The position numbers were made by a program, and so were the translations under genes. Shown here piece by piece: positions 1-11,270 of a DNA stretch of 64,000 nucleotides. The notes below the pieces were generated by a model. That model did not search any database. It was given only the letters and a program-made list of their open reading frames with translations, and was not told the DNA's origin. How positions within the stretch are numbered: the stretch's first letter is position 1; every line of letters begins with the position of its first letter. The stretch lies in contig CALFZH010000058.1 of assembly GCA_937952215.1 (NCBI GenBank), positions 81,452 to 145,451 of the forward strand, written 5' to 3'. This DNA comes from an uncultured bacterium. Its GTDB lineage: Bacteria > Planctomycetota > UBA1135 > UBA2386.

Positions 1-1361
1 AGACGGCGGCGGACGCGGATGCCGCGATGCGCGTCGCGAATGCGCGCGCGGCCGAACTGGCGCCCGTGGCCGCGGCCCTGGCCGCCGACGAAGCTGCGGC
101 CACGATCGCCGCGAAGTCGTTGCAGACGGCGTTGCGTGCCGAGAAGCAGGCGACGGCAGCGTGGGAGCTGGCAGAGCGGCGGCTCGCCGAGGCGGGGCGC
201 GTCGAATCCGCGGGCCAGGCCGAGCACGCGCGCTTGCGCGCCGAGCATGGCGAACTGCTGCGCCGCATCGCCGATGCACGCGCCGTGGTCGCGGGTGCTT
301 GCGCCGATTGGTCGCCCGGCATCGATGCGATCGCCGCGCTGGCGGGGGATCGCGTCGCCGCGTTGCACGCCCTGCGGCGCCTGCACCGGGATCACGAAGC
401 AGCGCTCGCCGCCGCCGATGCCGCGGTGGTCGCGCGGGCTCGCGCTGCGGAGGACCACGAACAGGCCCGCACCGCGGACGGCGCGGCGGCAGCGGCGTTC
501 GCCGACGCGCGGGCCGCAGCGCAGGTGAGCGCCGAGGACGTGCTCGACGCCGCCGGCCTTGGCGCCGTCGCGCTCGCCGCCGAGACCGCAGCGCTGCACG
601 CGCTGCAGCACGCCGTCGACGACCGGCGCGCGGTGCTGCGCGAGCGGGTCGCCCAGCGCCGTCGACACGAGGCGGCCGCGCGGCCCTCGCTCGACGCCGA
701 CGAGGCGCGCGCAGCCCTGCGCGATGCCCGGGCCGCCGCGGACGCCGTGCAGAAGCGGCTCGAGGCGGCGCGCGTGCAGCTCGGCGCGGACGATCTCGTG
801 CGGCGCCAGCGCGACGAACTCACGCCGGTGCTCGCGACGGCCGAGCGTGCGGCGACGACGTGGGAAGCGCTCGACGGGCTGATCGGCAGCAGCACCGGCG
901 ATCGCTTCGCGGTGTTCGCGCAGGAACTCACGCTCGACCTGCTGCTGGTCGAGGCCAACCGCCGCCTCGCCGAACTCGCGCGCCGCTACCGGCTGCGGCG
1001 GAACCCGGGCGGTCCGCTCGACTTCGTCGTCGTCGATCTCGATCTCGGCGGCACCAGCCGCGGCGTGCAGAGCCTGTCCGGCGGCGAGACGTTCCTGGTG
1101 TCGCTGGCCCTGGCGCTCGCGCTGGCGACGCTCGCGGCGCCGAAGTCGCGCGTCGAGACGCTGTTCCTCGACGAGGGCTTCGGCACGCTCGACGCGCACA
1201 ATCTCGAGATCGCGCTCGGCGCGCTCGATTCGCTGCAGGCGACCGGCTGCCAGGTCGGCGTCATCTCGCACGTCGACGGCATCGCCGAACGCATCGGCGC
1301 GCAGGTCGTCGTGCAGCCCGAGGGCGGCGGGCAGAGTCGGGTGTTCGCGCGGGCGCGGTGA
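1..1361 (+). CDS. sbcC: SbcC/Rad50-family DNA repair ATPase, C-terminal portion (5' end outside window)
   Basis: Frame open from the window edge. An Ala/Arg/Glu-rich coiled-coil is followed by ABC signature LSGGETFLVSLALALA, Walker B LFLDEGFGTLD and H-loop VISHVD at the C-terminus. Confidence 0.8.
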   Translation, partial: TAADADAAMRVANARAAELAPVAAALAADEAAATIAAKSLQTALRAEKQATAAWELAERRLAEAGRVESAGQAEHARLRAEHGELLRRIADARAVVAGACADWSPGIDAIAALAGDRVAALHALRRLHRDHEAALAAADAAVVARARAAEDHEQARTADGAAAAAFADARAAAQVSAEDVLDAAGLGAVALAAETAALHALQHAVDDRRAVLRERVAQRRRHEAAARPSLDADEARAALRDARAAADAVQKRLEAARVQLGADDLVRRQRDELTPVLATAERAATTWEALDGLIGSSTGDRFAVFAQELTLDLLLVEANRRLAELARRYRLRRNPGGPLDFVVVDLDLGGTSRGVQSLSGGETFLVSLALALALATLAAPKSRVETLFLDEGFGTLDAHNLEIALGALDSLQATGCQVGVISHVDGIAERIGAQVVVQPEGGGQSRVFARAR

Positions 1362-1389
1362 CCGAGGCGCCGCTAACGTGCCGCGCGCC

Positions 1390-2706
1390 ATGGAAACCGC
1401 GCCGTCGAAGGGCCTGTCGCTGCCGACCAAGATCCTGATCGGCCTGCTCGTCGGTGCTTCGGTCGGGCTCGCCCTCAACCTCGCCTACGCGCCGCCGCTG
1501 GGCAGCGCGCCGACGCCTGCCTACGCGCGCGTCGTCGACTGGGCGGACGGCGTCGTCAAGCCGTTCGGCGACCTGTTCCTCAGCCTGCTGTTCATGGTCG
1601 TCGTGCCGATCGTGTTCAGCTCGCTGTTCCTCGGCGTCGCCGGGCTCGGCAGCGTGCAGAAGCTGGGTTCGCTCGGCGGCCGCACGTTGGCGTGGTTCCT
1701 GCTGACGACGCTGGCGGCGGTGCTGCTCGGCATCACGCTGGTGTCGCTGATCGAGCCGGGCCGTCAGGTGTCGCAGGAGGTCGCGGCGCAGATCCAGGCG
1801 CAGTACCTGCCGAGCGCGCAGACGCGCATCGCGCAGAGCACGCAGGCGCCCGGCTGGCTGCAGATGATCGTCGACATCGTGCCGCGCAACGTCGTCGGCG
1901 CCGCGGGCGACAACACCAAGGTGCTCGGCCTGATCTTCTTCGCGCTGGTGCTCGGCGCGGCGGCGATCCGCATCGCGCCCGAACGCACGCGCGCGTTGCG
2001 CGAAGTGCTCGAAGCGATCTACGAACTGTGCGTTCGCGTGCTCGGCTGGGTGATGCAGCTGGCGCCGTACGGCGTCGCCTGCCTGATCTTCCACGCCACC
2101 GCGAAGCTCGGCATCGACGTGATGAAGCTGGTCGGCTTCTACTTCCTGACCGCGATGGGGGGGTTGCTGCTGTTCCAGGTCGTGGTGATCACGATGCTGG
2201 CGAGGTGGTTCGCCGGCATCGCGCCCGGCCGGTTCTACCGCGGCTGCCGCACGCTGATCGTGACCGCGTTCTCGACGTCGTCGTCGAACGCGACGCTGCC
2301 GACGACGATCCGCACCGCGACCGACGAGTTCGGCGCGCCGAAGGAGATCGCCGGCTTCGTGATGCCGCTCGGCGCGACGATGAACATGAACGGCACCGCG
2401 CTGTTCGAAGGCGTGTCGGTGCTGTTCCTCGCGCAGGTCTACGGCAAGAACCTCGGTTTCGCCGAGCAGGCGATGGTCGTGGGCATGGCGGTGCTGACGG
2501 CGATCGGCGCCGCCGGCGTGCCGGGCGGCTCGATTCCGCTGCTTGCCGTCGTGTTGGCGACGATCGGCGTGCCCCCCGAGATGCTTGCGCTGATCCTCGG
2601 CGTCGATCGGCTCGTCGACATGACGCGCACGGTGCCGAACGTCACCAGCGACCTGGTCTGCAGCCTGTGGCTGTCGCGCCGCGAAGGGCACGCGCTCAAG
2701 GCGTAG
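1390..2706 (+). CDS. dicarboxylate/amino acid:cation symporter (DAACS, GltP/DctA family)
   Basis: ORF 1378..2706 is polytopic and hydrophobic, with FSTSSSNATLP and MPLGATMNMNGTA motifs typical of the family. ATG 1390 preferred over GTG 1378. Confidence 0.85.
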   Translation: METAPSKGLSLPTKILIGLLVGASVGLALNLAYAPPLGSAPTPAYARVVDWADGVVKPFGDLFLSLLFMVVVPIVFSSLFLGVAGLGSVQKLGSLGGRTLAWFLLTTLAAVLLGITLVSLIEPGRQVSQEVAAQIQAQYLPSAQTRIAQSTQAPGWLQMIVDIVPRNVVGAAGDNTKVLGLIFFALVLGAAAIRIAPERTRALREVLEAIYELCVRVLGWVMQLAPYGVACLIFHATAKLGIDVMKLVGFYFLTAMGGLLLFQVVVITMLARWFAGIAPGRFYRGCRTLIVTAFSTSSSNATLPTTIRTATDEFGAPKEIAGFVMPLGATMNMNGTALFEGVSVLFLAQVYGKNLGFAEQAMVVGMAVLTAIGAAGVPGGSIPLLAVVLATIGVPPEMLALILGVDRLVDMTRTVPNVTSDLVCSLWLSRREGHALKA

Positions 2707-3205
2707 GCGCGCAGGCGATCTCGGGGCGGTCGATCACGTAGCCCATCGTGCGCACGCTGGCCGGCACGACCGGCAGCAGCATCCAGCCGGTGCACCGCCA
2801 GGCGACGAGCACCCGCGGCAGCGCCTGCGCGGGGCCGGGATCGAAGCCGGGGCGGGTGGCCGGCGCGCGGTGCGCGGGGGTGAGAAGGTGCCAGATCGGC
2901 CATTCCGGTGCCGCAGCGCACCCGAGCGCGATCGGGCCGGGCGTCCAACTCGCGGCGATGGGCTGCGAACCCTGTCCCGAGCAGGACTGGGCGGCTGCCT
3001 TGGGTGGGAACAGACCGAAGAGGAGGAGGAGGGATGCGGCGTTCCGAGCTTGCATGCTGGAAGTGGGCCGATGGGGACGACTGTCGGCCGCGCCACCAAC
3101 AGAACCTCGGCGGCACTCGCCGCTGCCTGGCCAGCGCCGACCCATGGTCTTCCGGGTCGAGGGGGTTGGCCCGACGCCCGTCGGCCGCGACACTGCCGCC
3201 CTCCC

Positions 3206-4816
3206 ATGACCACCATGCTCCGCGCTTCGTTCCTCTTCCTAGCCACGCCGCTGCTGGCGCAGGCCGGGTCGATCCCCGGCATCGACATCAAGCTCTACGA
3301 CGTCTACGGCCCGACCGTCTACGGTCGCCGAGGGGCGGCGTATCCGAACGGCGAGATGACGATGGCCATCAGCCACGCGATGTGCAACGCCGGCACCTTG
3401 AACCTGCCCTGGGTCGGTTGGGTCAGCGGCAGCGGCAGCACGATGGTCGACACCTACCCGAAGATCGCGTTCCTGATCGCGCGCGAGAGCGGCGGCCGCA
3501 TGGTGCAGGCCTCCGGCAAGAGCTTCATGAAGCACTCGCGCGTCGCCTACAACCTGGGCAGCAGCCAGTGCAACACGTGCACCTCGGGAGCGGGTGGGCA
3601 GTTCCGCGTCGGCTGCTTCGACGCCTACTCGACCGGCTTCAACGGCAACCAGTACAACCTCGGCCCGACGACCGAGGCCAATCCGTGGGAAGGGAGCTGG
3701 AACCCGCAGGGCAGCTACTTCGACCGCGGCGATCCCGCGGTCAGCGGGGCGGCCGCAACGGACAGCATCCAGTCGCTGTCGGTCACCGGCTGGGACGTCC
3801 ACAAGAACCGCATCAACATCCGTGAGCAGGAGCTCGCGGTGCCGGGCGCTTCGTTCTACGGACAGGCGCAGGTTTGCATCAAGACGGAGCCGGGCACCGC
3901 GCGTGCCAACAACTTCGCGTCGCGCGGGCTCAACATCACCTGGGGCGGCTCGTCGTGGTCGTCGTCCGCCCAAGCGGGTCCGAGCGTGCAAGGCTCGGTG
4001 CTCAACCGCTGGAGCGGCGCCTCGGTCGCGACGGCGAGCAACGGCACCGACGACGGCCACTTCCACGTCGCCGTGAAGGTGACCGGCCCGGTGAACGGGC
4101 TCTATCACTACGAGTACGCGATCCACAACCAGGACAACCACCGTGGCGCTGCCTCGCTGCGCATCCCGCTCTGCGCGACCGCGCGCGTGTTCAACGTCGG
4201 CTTCCACGACATCGACGGCGACGCGCTGAACGACTGGACGATGAGCCGCACCAGCACCGAGCTCTCGTTCCTCGCGACGGCGACGAACCCGCTCGACTGG
4301 AACTGCATCTACAACGTCTGGTTCGACAGCGACGCGGCGCCGACCGCCGGCACCGTGACGCTCGATCAGGCGCGCCCCGGCCCAGGCGCCCTTTCGGTCA
4401 ACGTCGCGAGCCAGATCCCGAGCCTGCTGCTCAACGAGTATCTGGGTGCCGGCTGCGGCACGCCGACGCCGGCGCTGTGGGCCACGGGCCTGCCGAACTC
4501 GCCCAACCCTGGCTACGGCCTGCGCACGATGGCGGCACCGGGCAACGCGGTGCTGTTCGCGTTCGCGACGCAGACCGCGGCCGAACCGGTCGGCGGCTGC
4601 ACGATCTGGATCGACAGCGCCATGTTGCTGACCACGGCGCTCGTGACCGCCGACGGCTCGGGTCTCGCGAGCTTCGCGCTGCCGATCCCCGCGGGGGTGA
4701 CGCCGATCGACCTCGCCTGCCAGGCGTTCGAGTGGCAGATCGGCGGCCCGATCCTCGGCGAGGCGAACGCGCGCGACGGTCTGCGCATCCGCGCCGCGGG
4801 CACCGGCTGCCCGTGA
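3206..4816 (+). CDS. secreted hypothetical protein
   Basis: In frame of ORF 2870..4816. ATG 3206 yields signal peptide MTTMLRASFLFLATPLLAQA. Non-biased composition, no family recognised. Confidence 0.6.
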   Translation: MTTMLRASFLFLATPLLAQAGSIPGIDIKLYDVYGPTVYGRRGAAYPNGEMTMAISHAMCNAGTLNLPWVGWVSGSGSTMVDTYPKIAFLIARESGGRMVQASGKSFMKHSRVAYNLGSSQCNTCTSGAGGQFRVGCFDAYSTGFNGNQYNLGPTTEANPWEGSWNPQGSYFDRGDPAVSGAAATDSIQSLSVTGWDVHKNRINIREQELAVPGASFYGQAQVCIKTEPGTARANNFASRGLNITWGGSSWSSSAQAGPSVQGSVLNRWSGASVATASNGTDDGHFHVAVKVTGPVNGLYHYEYAIHNQDNHRGAASLRIPLCATARVFNVGFHDIDGDALNDWTMSRTSTELSFLATATNPLDWNCIYNVWFDSDAAPTAGTVTLDQARPGPGALSVNVASQIPSLLLNEYLGAGCGTPTPALWATGLPNSPNPGYGLRTMAAPGNAVLFAFATQTAAEPVGGCTIWIDSAMLLTTALVTADGSGLASFALPIPAGVTPIDLACQAFEWQIGGPILGEANARDGLRIRAAGTGCP

Positions 4817-4830
4817 CGGGCGTGGCCGAT

Positions 4831-4861
4831 GCGGCGGTCGACCGGAGCCGGTGACCGCCGC
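4831..4861 (+). terminator. GC-rich hairpin downstream of 3206..4816 (no U-tract)
   Basis: GCGGCGGTC (4831-4839) pairs with GACCGCCGC (4853-4861), with an inner ACCGG/CCGGT extension. Lies 15 nt after the stop codon. Confidence 0.3.
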
Positions 4862-4885
4862 AGGCCAGCCGACTAGCGGGCTGCC

Positions 4886-5965
4886 ATGAAGCCATCGTCG
4901 CTCGTTGCGGTTGGTCTCGCCCTGCTGTCGACGTCGACGTTGGTCCGTGCGCAGGACGCCGTCGGGAGCCGCGAAGCCCGCGCGCTAGAGCTCCTGCAGC
5001 GCGTTCCGACGCGGAACTCGCATCTCGGGTCGACGCGGGTCGCCACCGCCACGAACGGCTACGGCTGCACGTTCGTCGTGCCCGAAGTCCAGGGCCTGTG
5101 CGGCACGGGCTGGCGGCCGGCGTTCGACCCGGAACTGGCGCGCCAACTCGCGGCCGAGCTGTGTGCGATCTACGGACTCACGGTGCAGCGTTCGGCCGCG
5201 GCTCCCCACGGCGTCGCTGCGCAACTCGACGCGTTCGATGCCGAGCGCGGCATCGCGCTCGAACTGCGCGGCGTCGTCGAAGCGAAGCCGCTCGAGCACG
5301 GCGGCGCCTGGCCGACCGTGGTCGAAGAGCCGGCGGCGAGCGACCTCGACGTCGCGGAGCACCGCGCGTTGCTCGCGGCGAAGCTCCGCGTGTTCACGGC
5401 CGACGTGCGTTCCTTCTGGAGCGCACCGTCCGAGGATCGCATGACGACGACGCTGTGCCATCTCGCCAGCGTCGGCGCGTTCCTGAACGAAGTCACCGAC
5501 GGCGAGGATGTCGACTGGAGCGCGCTGGCGCCGCGCGACGGGAGGTGGTTGTCGTTCGCGCTGCCGAAGGAGCGGGACGGGCTCCGCGTCGAGGCATGGA
5601 GTGGCGGCGGGGGGTGCACGCTGGTGGTCGCGAAGGCGACCGAGGTCGTGCTGGCCGTGGACCCCGCGCGCTCGACGGCGTTGCGCGAGGGCGGCGTCGG
5701 CGGCGCCCTGCCGAATCACGGGCGCCCCGTGGCGCTGCGCCTGCACGGCGGCAGCGAGACCGGCGCGCCGGTGGCGATCGCGCTGCGTCAGCGCGGCACG
5801 GACGGCCGGGAGCGGGTGTTGGCTACGAGCCAGACGGACCATCTGTTCGCGCCAGGCGCGTTCGACGCCGCACAGCCGTTCGCGTTCGTGCTGTCGCTGC
5901 CGCCGGGGCGCTTCCGCCTGCAGCCCACCGGTTGGATCGGCGGCGCGCCCGCGAAGCGCTCGTGA
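4886..5965 (+). CDS. secreted hypothetical protein
   Basis: Signal peptide MKPSSLVAVGLALLSTSTLVRAQD. Balanced amino-acid composition, no family recognised. Confidence 0.6.
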   Translation: MKPSSLVAVGLALLSTSTLVRAQDAVGSREARALELLQRVPTRNSHLGSTRVATATNGYGCTFVVPEVQGLCGTGWRPAFDPELARQLAAELCAIYGLTVQRSAAAPHGVAAQLDAFDAERGIALELRGVVEAKPLEHGGAWPTVVEEPAASDLDVAEHRALLAAKLRVFTADVRSFWSAPSEDRMTTTLCHLASVGAFLNEVTDGEDVDWSALAPRDGRWLSFALPKERDGLRVEAWSGGGGCTLVVAKATEVVLAVDPARSTALREGGVGGALPNHGRPVALRLHGGSETGAPVAIALRQRGTDGRERVLATSQTDHLFAPGAFDAAQPFAFVLSLPPGRFRLQPTGWIGGAPAKRS

Positions 5966-6014
5966 CGCTGCCGCGACCGTGGCATCCGCGGCCGGTGCGC
6001 GCTCCACTGCGCCG

Positions 6015-6338
6015 ATGAAGATGTCAGCTGCCGAACGCATGGACCTGATGCGGTTCGTGTGTTCGTTCGTCTGGACGGATCTGCAGGTCGCCCAGGCCGA
6101 ACGCGACCTGGTGATGCGCATCGCCGGCCGGCTGCACCTCACCGAAGCGGAAGTCCGTCAGGTCGCCGAGTGGCTGCGCTCGCCGCCGCGCGCCGACGAC
6201 GTCGATCCGACGCGCGTGCCGCACGAGCATCGCCGGCTGTTCCTCGCGGCCGCGGAGGCCGCGATCCGCGCCGACGGCCGCGTGGTGCCGGCCGAGCGCG
6301 ATTCGCTCGCGCTGTTCCGCGACCTGCTCGAGGACTGA
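6015..6338 (+). CDS. TerB-like (tellurite-resistance TerB / DjlA N-terminal type) domain protein
   Basis: Tail of ORF frame 5508..6338 from ATG 6015: MKMSAAERMDLMRFVCSFVWTDLQVAQAERDLVMRIAGRLHLTEAEV...ADGRVVPAERDSLALFRDLL, a two-helical-repeat pattern typical of TerB-like domains. Confidence 0.55.
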   Translation: MKMSAAERMDLMRFVCSFVWTDLQVAQAERDLVMRIAGRLHLTEAEVRQVAEWLRSPPRADDVDPTRVPHEHRRLFLAAAEAAIRADGRVVPAERDSLALFRDLLED

Positions 6339-6344
6339 GACGCG

Positions 6345-7802
6345 GTGCAGCAGGCTCCGGCTCCTTCGCTCGCGTTCGATGCGTCGGAGTGGTTCCACGC
6401 CGACGAACTGCAGGCGCACGTGTCGCCGCGGCACTGGCGTCGCTTGGCGACACGCGCGGAGGAGAACGTTCGCCGGGCGGCGACGGCGTGCGAGCAGGCC
6501 GGCGTGCACGCGACGTGGTTCGTCACCGGGGAGCTGGCGGCGCGCGCGCCCGCACTGCTGCGGCAGCTCGTCGACGCCGGGCATGAAGTGGGTCTGCTCG
6601 TCGCCGAGCCGCGGCCGCTCGACGACGTGGCGGCGGCCGATCGCGACGCGGTGGGCGAACGGTGGGAACGTGCCCTCGCGGCGATCGAGGCAGCGACGGG
6701 GCTCGCGGTGCGCGGCTTGCGGGCGTTGCGGCCCGTGCGCTCGGCCACGGGATGGTGGCTGCAGTGGGCGGCGAGTGCCGGGCTGCACTACGACGCGACG
6801 TCGGTCATCGGCGACGCGTCCCGTGCCGTGCGCGACCTCGAGGGCAAACGCTGCTCCCGCGTGACGACGTTCGCGTGTTGGCGCCTCGACCACGACCCGC
6901 CGCGCGTCGACGGTCTGCCGGCGGCCGTCGCGGCGGCGCACGCCGCGCGCTGCGTCGGGGCCGATTCCGAACTGCGCGCGCTGCTCGCGAGTGCTGGGTC
7001 CAGCATCGCGATGCGACTCGGCGTCCCGGCACAACCAGCTCCCGTGCGGGCGGCGCCACGCCTGGCCGCCACGGCAAGTGCTGCCGGCGCGGCCCGGCTC
7101 GCGATCGTCGTTCCACTGAAGGACGAAGCCGCGGGCATCGCGTCGCTGGCGCGCGAACTCGACGCGCTGACGAACGACCTCGCCGACGTCGCGGCGTGCG
7201 AGTTCGTGCTCGTCGACGACGGCAGCAGCGACGACACCTGGCGGCTGCTCGGCGAGCACTTCGGTGCGCGGCCCAACGCCAGGCTCGTGCGCCACGAGCA
7301 GAACCGCGGCATCGCGGCAGCGATCGCGACCGGCATGCGCTCCACCGATGCGGAGCTCGTCGCGTCGATCGACGGCGACCTGTCGTACGACCCGCGCGAA
7401 CTGCGCGCGATGCTGGCGCTCGCGACCGCCGGCGCCGACGTCGTCACCGCGTCGCCGTACCACGGTGACGGCGGCGTGAAGAACGTGCCGGGCTGGCGGC
7501 TTCTGCTGTCGCGCACGCTGTCGGCTGCGTACCGAGTGCTGCTGCGTTCGCCGGTGCGCACCTGGACGAGCTGCTTCCGCGTCTACCGGCGGACCGTGGT
7601 CGTCGACCTGCCGCTCACCAACCCGGGCTTCCTCGGCACCGCCGAACTGCTGGTTCGCGTGCTGCGTCGCGGCGGGCGTGTGGTCGAGCATCCCTGCGTG
7701 CTCGAAGCGCGGCTGTTCGGCCAGTCGAAGCTCAAGGTGCTGCGCACCGTGCTCGGGCACCTGCGGCTGCTCGCGGCGGTCGCGTTCCGGCGCGTGCGGT
7801 GA
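6345..7802 (+). CDS. fusion protein: N-terminal polysaccharide-deacetylase-like (DUF3473-type) domain + C-terminal family-2 glycosyltransferase (DPM1-like)
   Basis: N-terminus: FDASEWFHAD...GVHATWFVTGELAARAPALLRQLVDAGHEVG. C-terminus: IVVPLKDEAAGI...VLVDDGSSDDT...HEQNRGIAAA...IDGDLSYDP (DxD). Confidence 0.75.
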   Translation: MQQAPAPSLAFDASEWFHADELQAHVSPRHWRRLATRAEENVRRAATACEQAGVHATWFVTGELAARAPALLRQLVDAGHEVGLLVAEPRPLDDVAAADRDAVGERWERALAAIEAATGLAVRGLRALRPVRSATGWWLQWAASAGLHYDATSVIGDASRAVRDLEGKRCSRVTTFACWRLDHDPPRVDGLPAAVAAAHAARCVGADSELRALLASAGSSIAMRLGVPAQPAPVRAAPRLAATASAAGAARLAIVVPLKDEAAGIASLARELDALTNDLADVAACEFVLVDDGSSDDTWRLLGEHFGARPNARLVRHEQNRGIAAAIATGMRSTDAELVASIDGDLSYDPRELRAMLALATAGADVVTASPYHGDGGVKNVPGWRLLLSRTLSAAYRVLLRSPVRTWTSCFRVYRRTVVVDLPLTNPGFLGTAELLVRVLRRGGRVVEHPCVLEARLFGQSKLKVLRTVLGHLRLLAAVAFRRVR

Positions 7803-9058
7803 GCCGTCGGATGGGCGATCATGGCGGGATGCGGCGCGTGCTGTCGTTCGTGTTCTTCCTGGGGCTCGCAACTGCGCTGCCGTCGCAGGAGCCTGACCTT
7901 GGCGACGAATGCACGGTCGGCGTCGCGTGCGGCAAGGCGACCGCCGACGGCCGGCCGCTGCTCTGGAAGAACCGCGACGCGCCTCGGCGCGACAACGTGG
8001 TGATGGCGCTCGCCGATGGCGCGATCCCGTACTTTGCGTTGTGCGACGCCGGCAACGCCGGCGTGGTGTGGGGCGGCGCCAACACCGCGGGCTTCTGCAT
8101 CGTCAACGCGGTGTCGCGCGACCTGGCGGGCGGCAACGACGCCGGGCCCGCCAACGGCGCGTTCATGAAGCGCGCGCTGCAGCAGTGCGAGACCGTCGCG
8201 CAGTTCGAGGAACTGCTGCGCCAGACGAACGACGGCGGCCGGCGCACGCGAGCGAACTTCGGCGTGATCGACGCGCACGGCGGCGCGGCCTTCTTCGAGG
8301 CCGGGCATCGTGCCTACCGCCGCTTCGACGCGGCGGACAGCGAAGGCGGTGTGCTCGTGCGCACGAACTTCGCGTCGTCCGCCGACGGCAAGGTGGGCCG
8401 CGACCGCTGCGCCCGCGCCACCGAACTGGTGGCGCTGGAGGCGGCGAAGCCGCTGACGACGACCTTCGTGCTGCAGCAACTGCTGCGCGACCTGCAGCCG
8501 CCGGCGTCGGCGGAGCGCGGCGAAGCGGGCCGCCTCGACACGCGCGAGACGATCTGCCGCCAGAACACCGTCGCGGGGCTCGTGGTGCACGGCGTGGCGA
8601 AGGGCGACGATCCGGGTTGGACCACGATGTGGGCGCTGCTCGGGCCGCCGCTGTTCACCGTCGCGGTGCCGCTGTTTCCGGCCGCCGGCGACCTGCCGGC
8701 GACGATCGCGGGTACGCCGCGCAGCGCGATCTGCGACGCGGCGCGAGCGCTCGCCGATGCGCACTACGAAGAGCCGGTCGTCGTCGACGGCGCTGCCGAA
8801 GCCGAGCCCGAGGTGGAGCAGGCCGGGGCGCTGCGGTGGCTGCGCACCGATCGCCTGGCGCCCGTGCGCCGCGCGATCCTGTTCGCCGAGGTCGACATCA
8901 TGGCCCGCCACGAGGAGGCGCTCGCGAACTGGCGCACACAGCCCAAGCCCTCGCCGGTCCACCTGCGGCGCTACCAGGAAGCGATGGAGAAGCTCGCTCG
9001 CGAGCGCGTCGCCTCGCTCGCCGACGCGGCAGGAGCCGTCGCCCCGGCCGGCAAGTGA
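7799..9058 (+). CDS. secreted N-terminal-nucleophile (Cys) hydrolase, peptidase C69/C45-like
   Basis: GTG 7799 overlaps the upstream TGA (GTGA); alternative ATG at 7829. Signal peptide [20 protein letters not shown], then [23 protein letters not shown], resembling the Ntn Cys motif of C69-type dipeptidases. Confidence 0.55.
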   Translation: MSRRMGDHGGMRRVLSFVFFLGLATALPSQEPDLGDECTVGVACGKATADGRPLLWKNRDAPRRDNVVMALADGAIPYFALCDAGNAGVVWGGANTAGFCIVNAVSRDLAGGNDAGPANGAFMKRALQQCETVAQFEELLRQTNDGGRRTRANFGVIDAHGGAAFFEAGHRAYRRFDAADSEGGVLVRTNFASSADGKVGRDRCARATELVALEAAKPLTTTFVLQQLLRDLQPPASAERGEAGRLDTRETICRQNTVAGLVVHGVAKGDDPGWTTMWALLGPPLFTVAVPLFPAAGDLPATIAGTPRSAICDAARALADAHYEEPVVVDGAAEAEPEVEQAGALRWLRTDRLAPVRRAILFAEVDIMARHEEALANWRTQPKPSPVHLRRYQEAMEKLARERVASLADAAGAVAPAGK

Positions 9059-9116
9059 GGCCGCGCGCTGGGCTTCGCGGGGTCCGTGGTTATGGTGCGG
9101 CCCTCGTCCGCCGCCG

Positions 9117-10727
<1,611 letters not shown>

Positions 10728-10733
10728 CGAGCG

Positions 10734-11270
10734 TCAGCGCAGGCTCGCGGGGCGCACGATCGCGCCCGGTGCCGGCGCGAGATCCGGCGTCAGGACGGCA
10801 TCGCCCGCGGGCTCGGCGGTGTAGGCAGCATTCGCGATGCGCCACTCGCCGCGGTCCTTCACCAGCGTGAACACGTCCACGCCCCCGTGCGAGTCGACGC
10901 CGTCGACGCGGAAGCGGTAGGGCGTCCAGACCATCGCGACCGGCCCGCGCTGCAGGATGGTCGGCTGCCAGTAGGTCTCCACCAGTCGTTCGGTGCCGGT
11001 CTTGAGTTGCTCGGCGAAGTCGCGCATCGAACGGGCGCGCAACGCGGCCCGGCCCTCGCGGATCGTCACGCTGTGCACCATGCCGTCACCGGTGGTCGTG
11101 GCTGCGCACGCCTGCGGGTCCCGCGCCGCCATCGCCTCGAAGAAGCGGTCGACCGTGGTCAGGATCGCCGCGTGGTCCTGCGCGTCGTCGTGCGTGCCGG
11201 CGACGCTCGGTGGTGCGGTGGAGCAGGCGGTGAGAGCGAACAGGGCCAACGCGACGAGTGGGCAGCGCAT
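10734..11270 (-). CDS. SnoaL-like / DUF4440 (NTF2-fold) lipoprotein
   Basis: Tail of ORF 10734..11999 from ATG 11270. Lipobox MRCPLVALALFALTAC, then HAAILTTVDRFFEAMAARD... typical of NTF2-like DUF4440. Confidence 0.6.
   Translation of the reverse strand: MRCPLVALALFALTACSTAPPSVAGTHDDAQDHAAILTTVDRFFEAMAARDPQACAATTTGDGMVHSVTIREGRAALRARSMRDFAEQLKTGTERLVETYWQPTILQRGPVAMVWTPYRFRVDGVDSHGGVDVFTLVKDRGEWRIANAAYTAEPAGDAVLTPDLAPAPGAIVRPASLR

Noticed and set aside
161-2691. Long ORFs overlapping sbcC and the symporter (161..1438 +, 1261..2691 -, 1692..2741 +)
   Set aside because: Their translations are extreme Arg/Ala/Gly/Pro runs typical of wrong-frame reading of high-GC DNA. They overlap frames that carry clear SbcC and DAACS motifs.
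3018-3036. Polypurine tract GAAGAGGAGGAGGAGGG followed by ATG 3034, which looks like a very strong SD plus start
   Set aside because: The ORF it opens (frame of 2908..3825) is Arg/Pro/His-rich and out of frame with the signal-peptide-bearing gene starting at 3206. It is probably a chance GAG repeat. In the other frame it reads EEEEEG, upstream of the real start.
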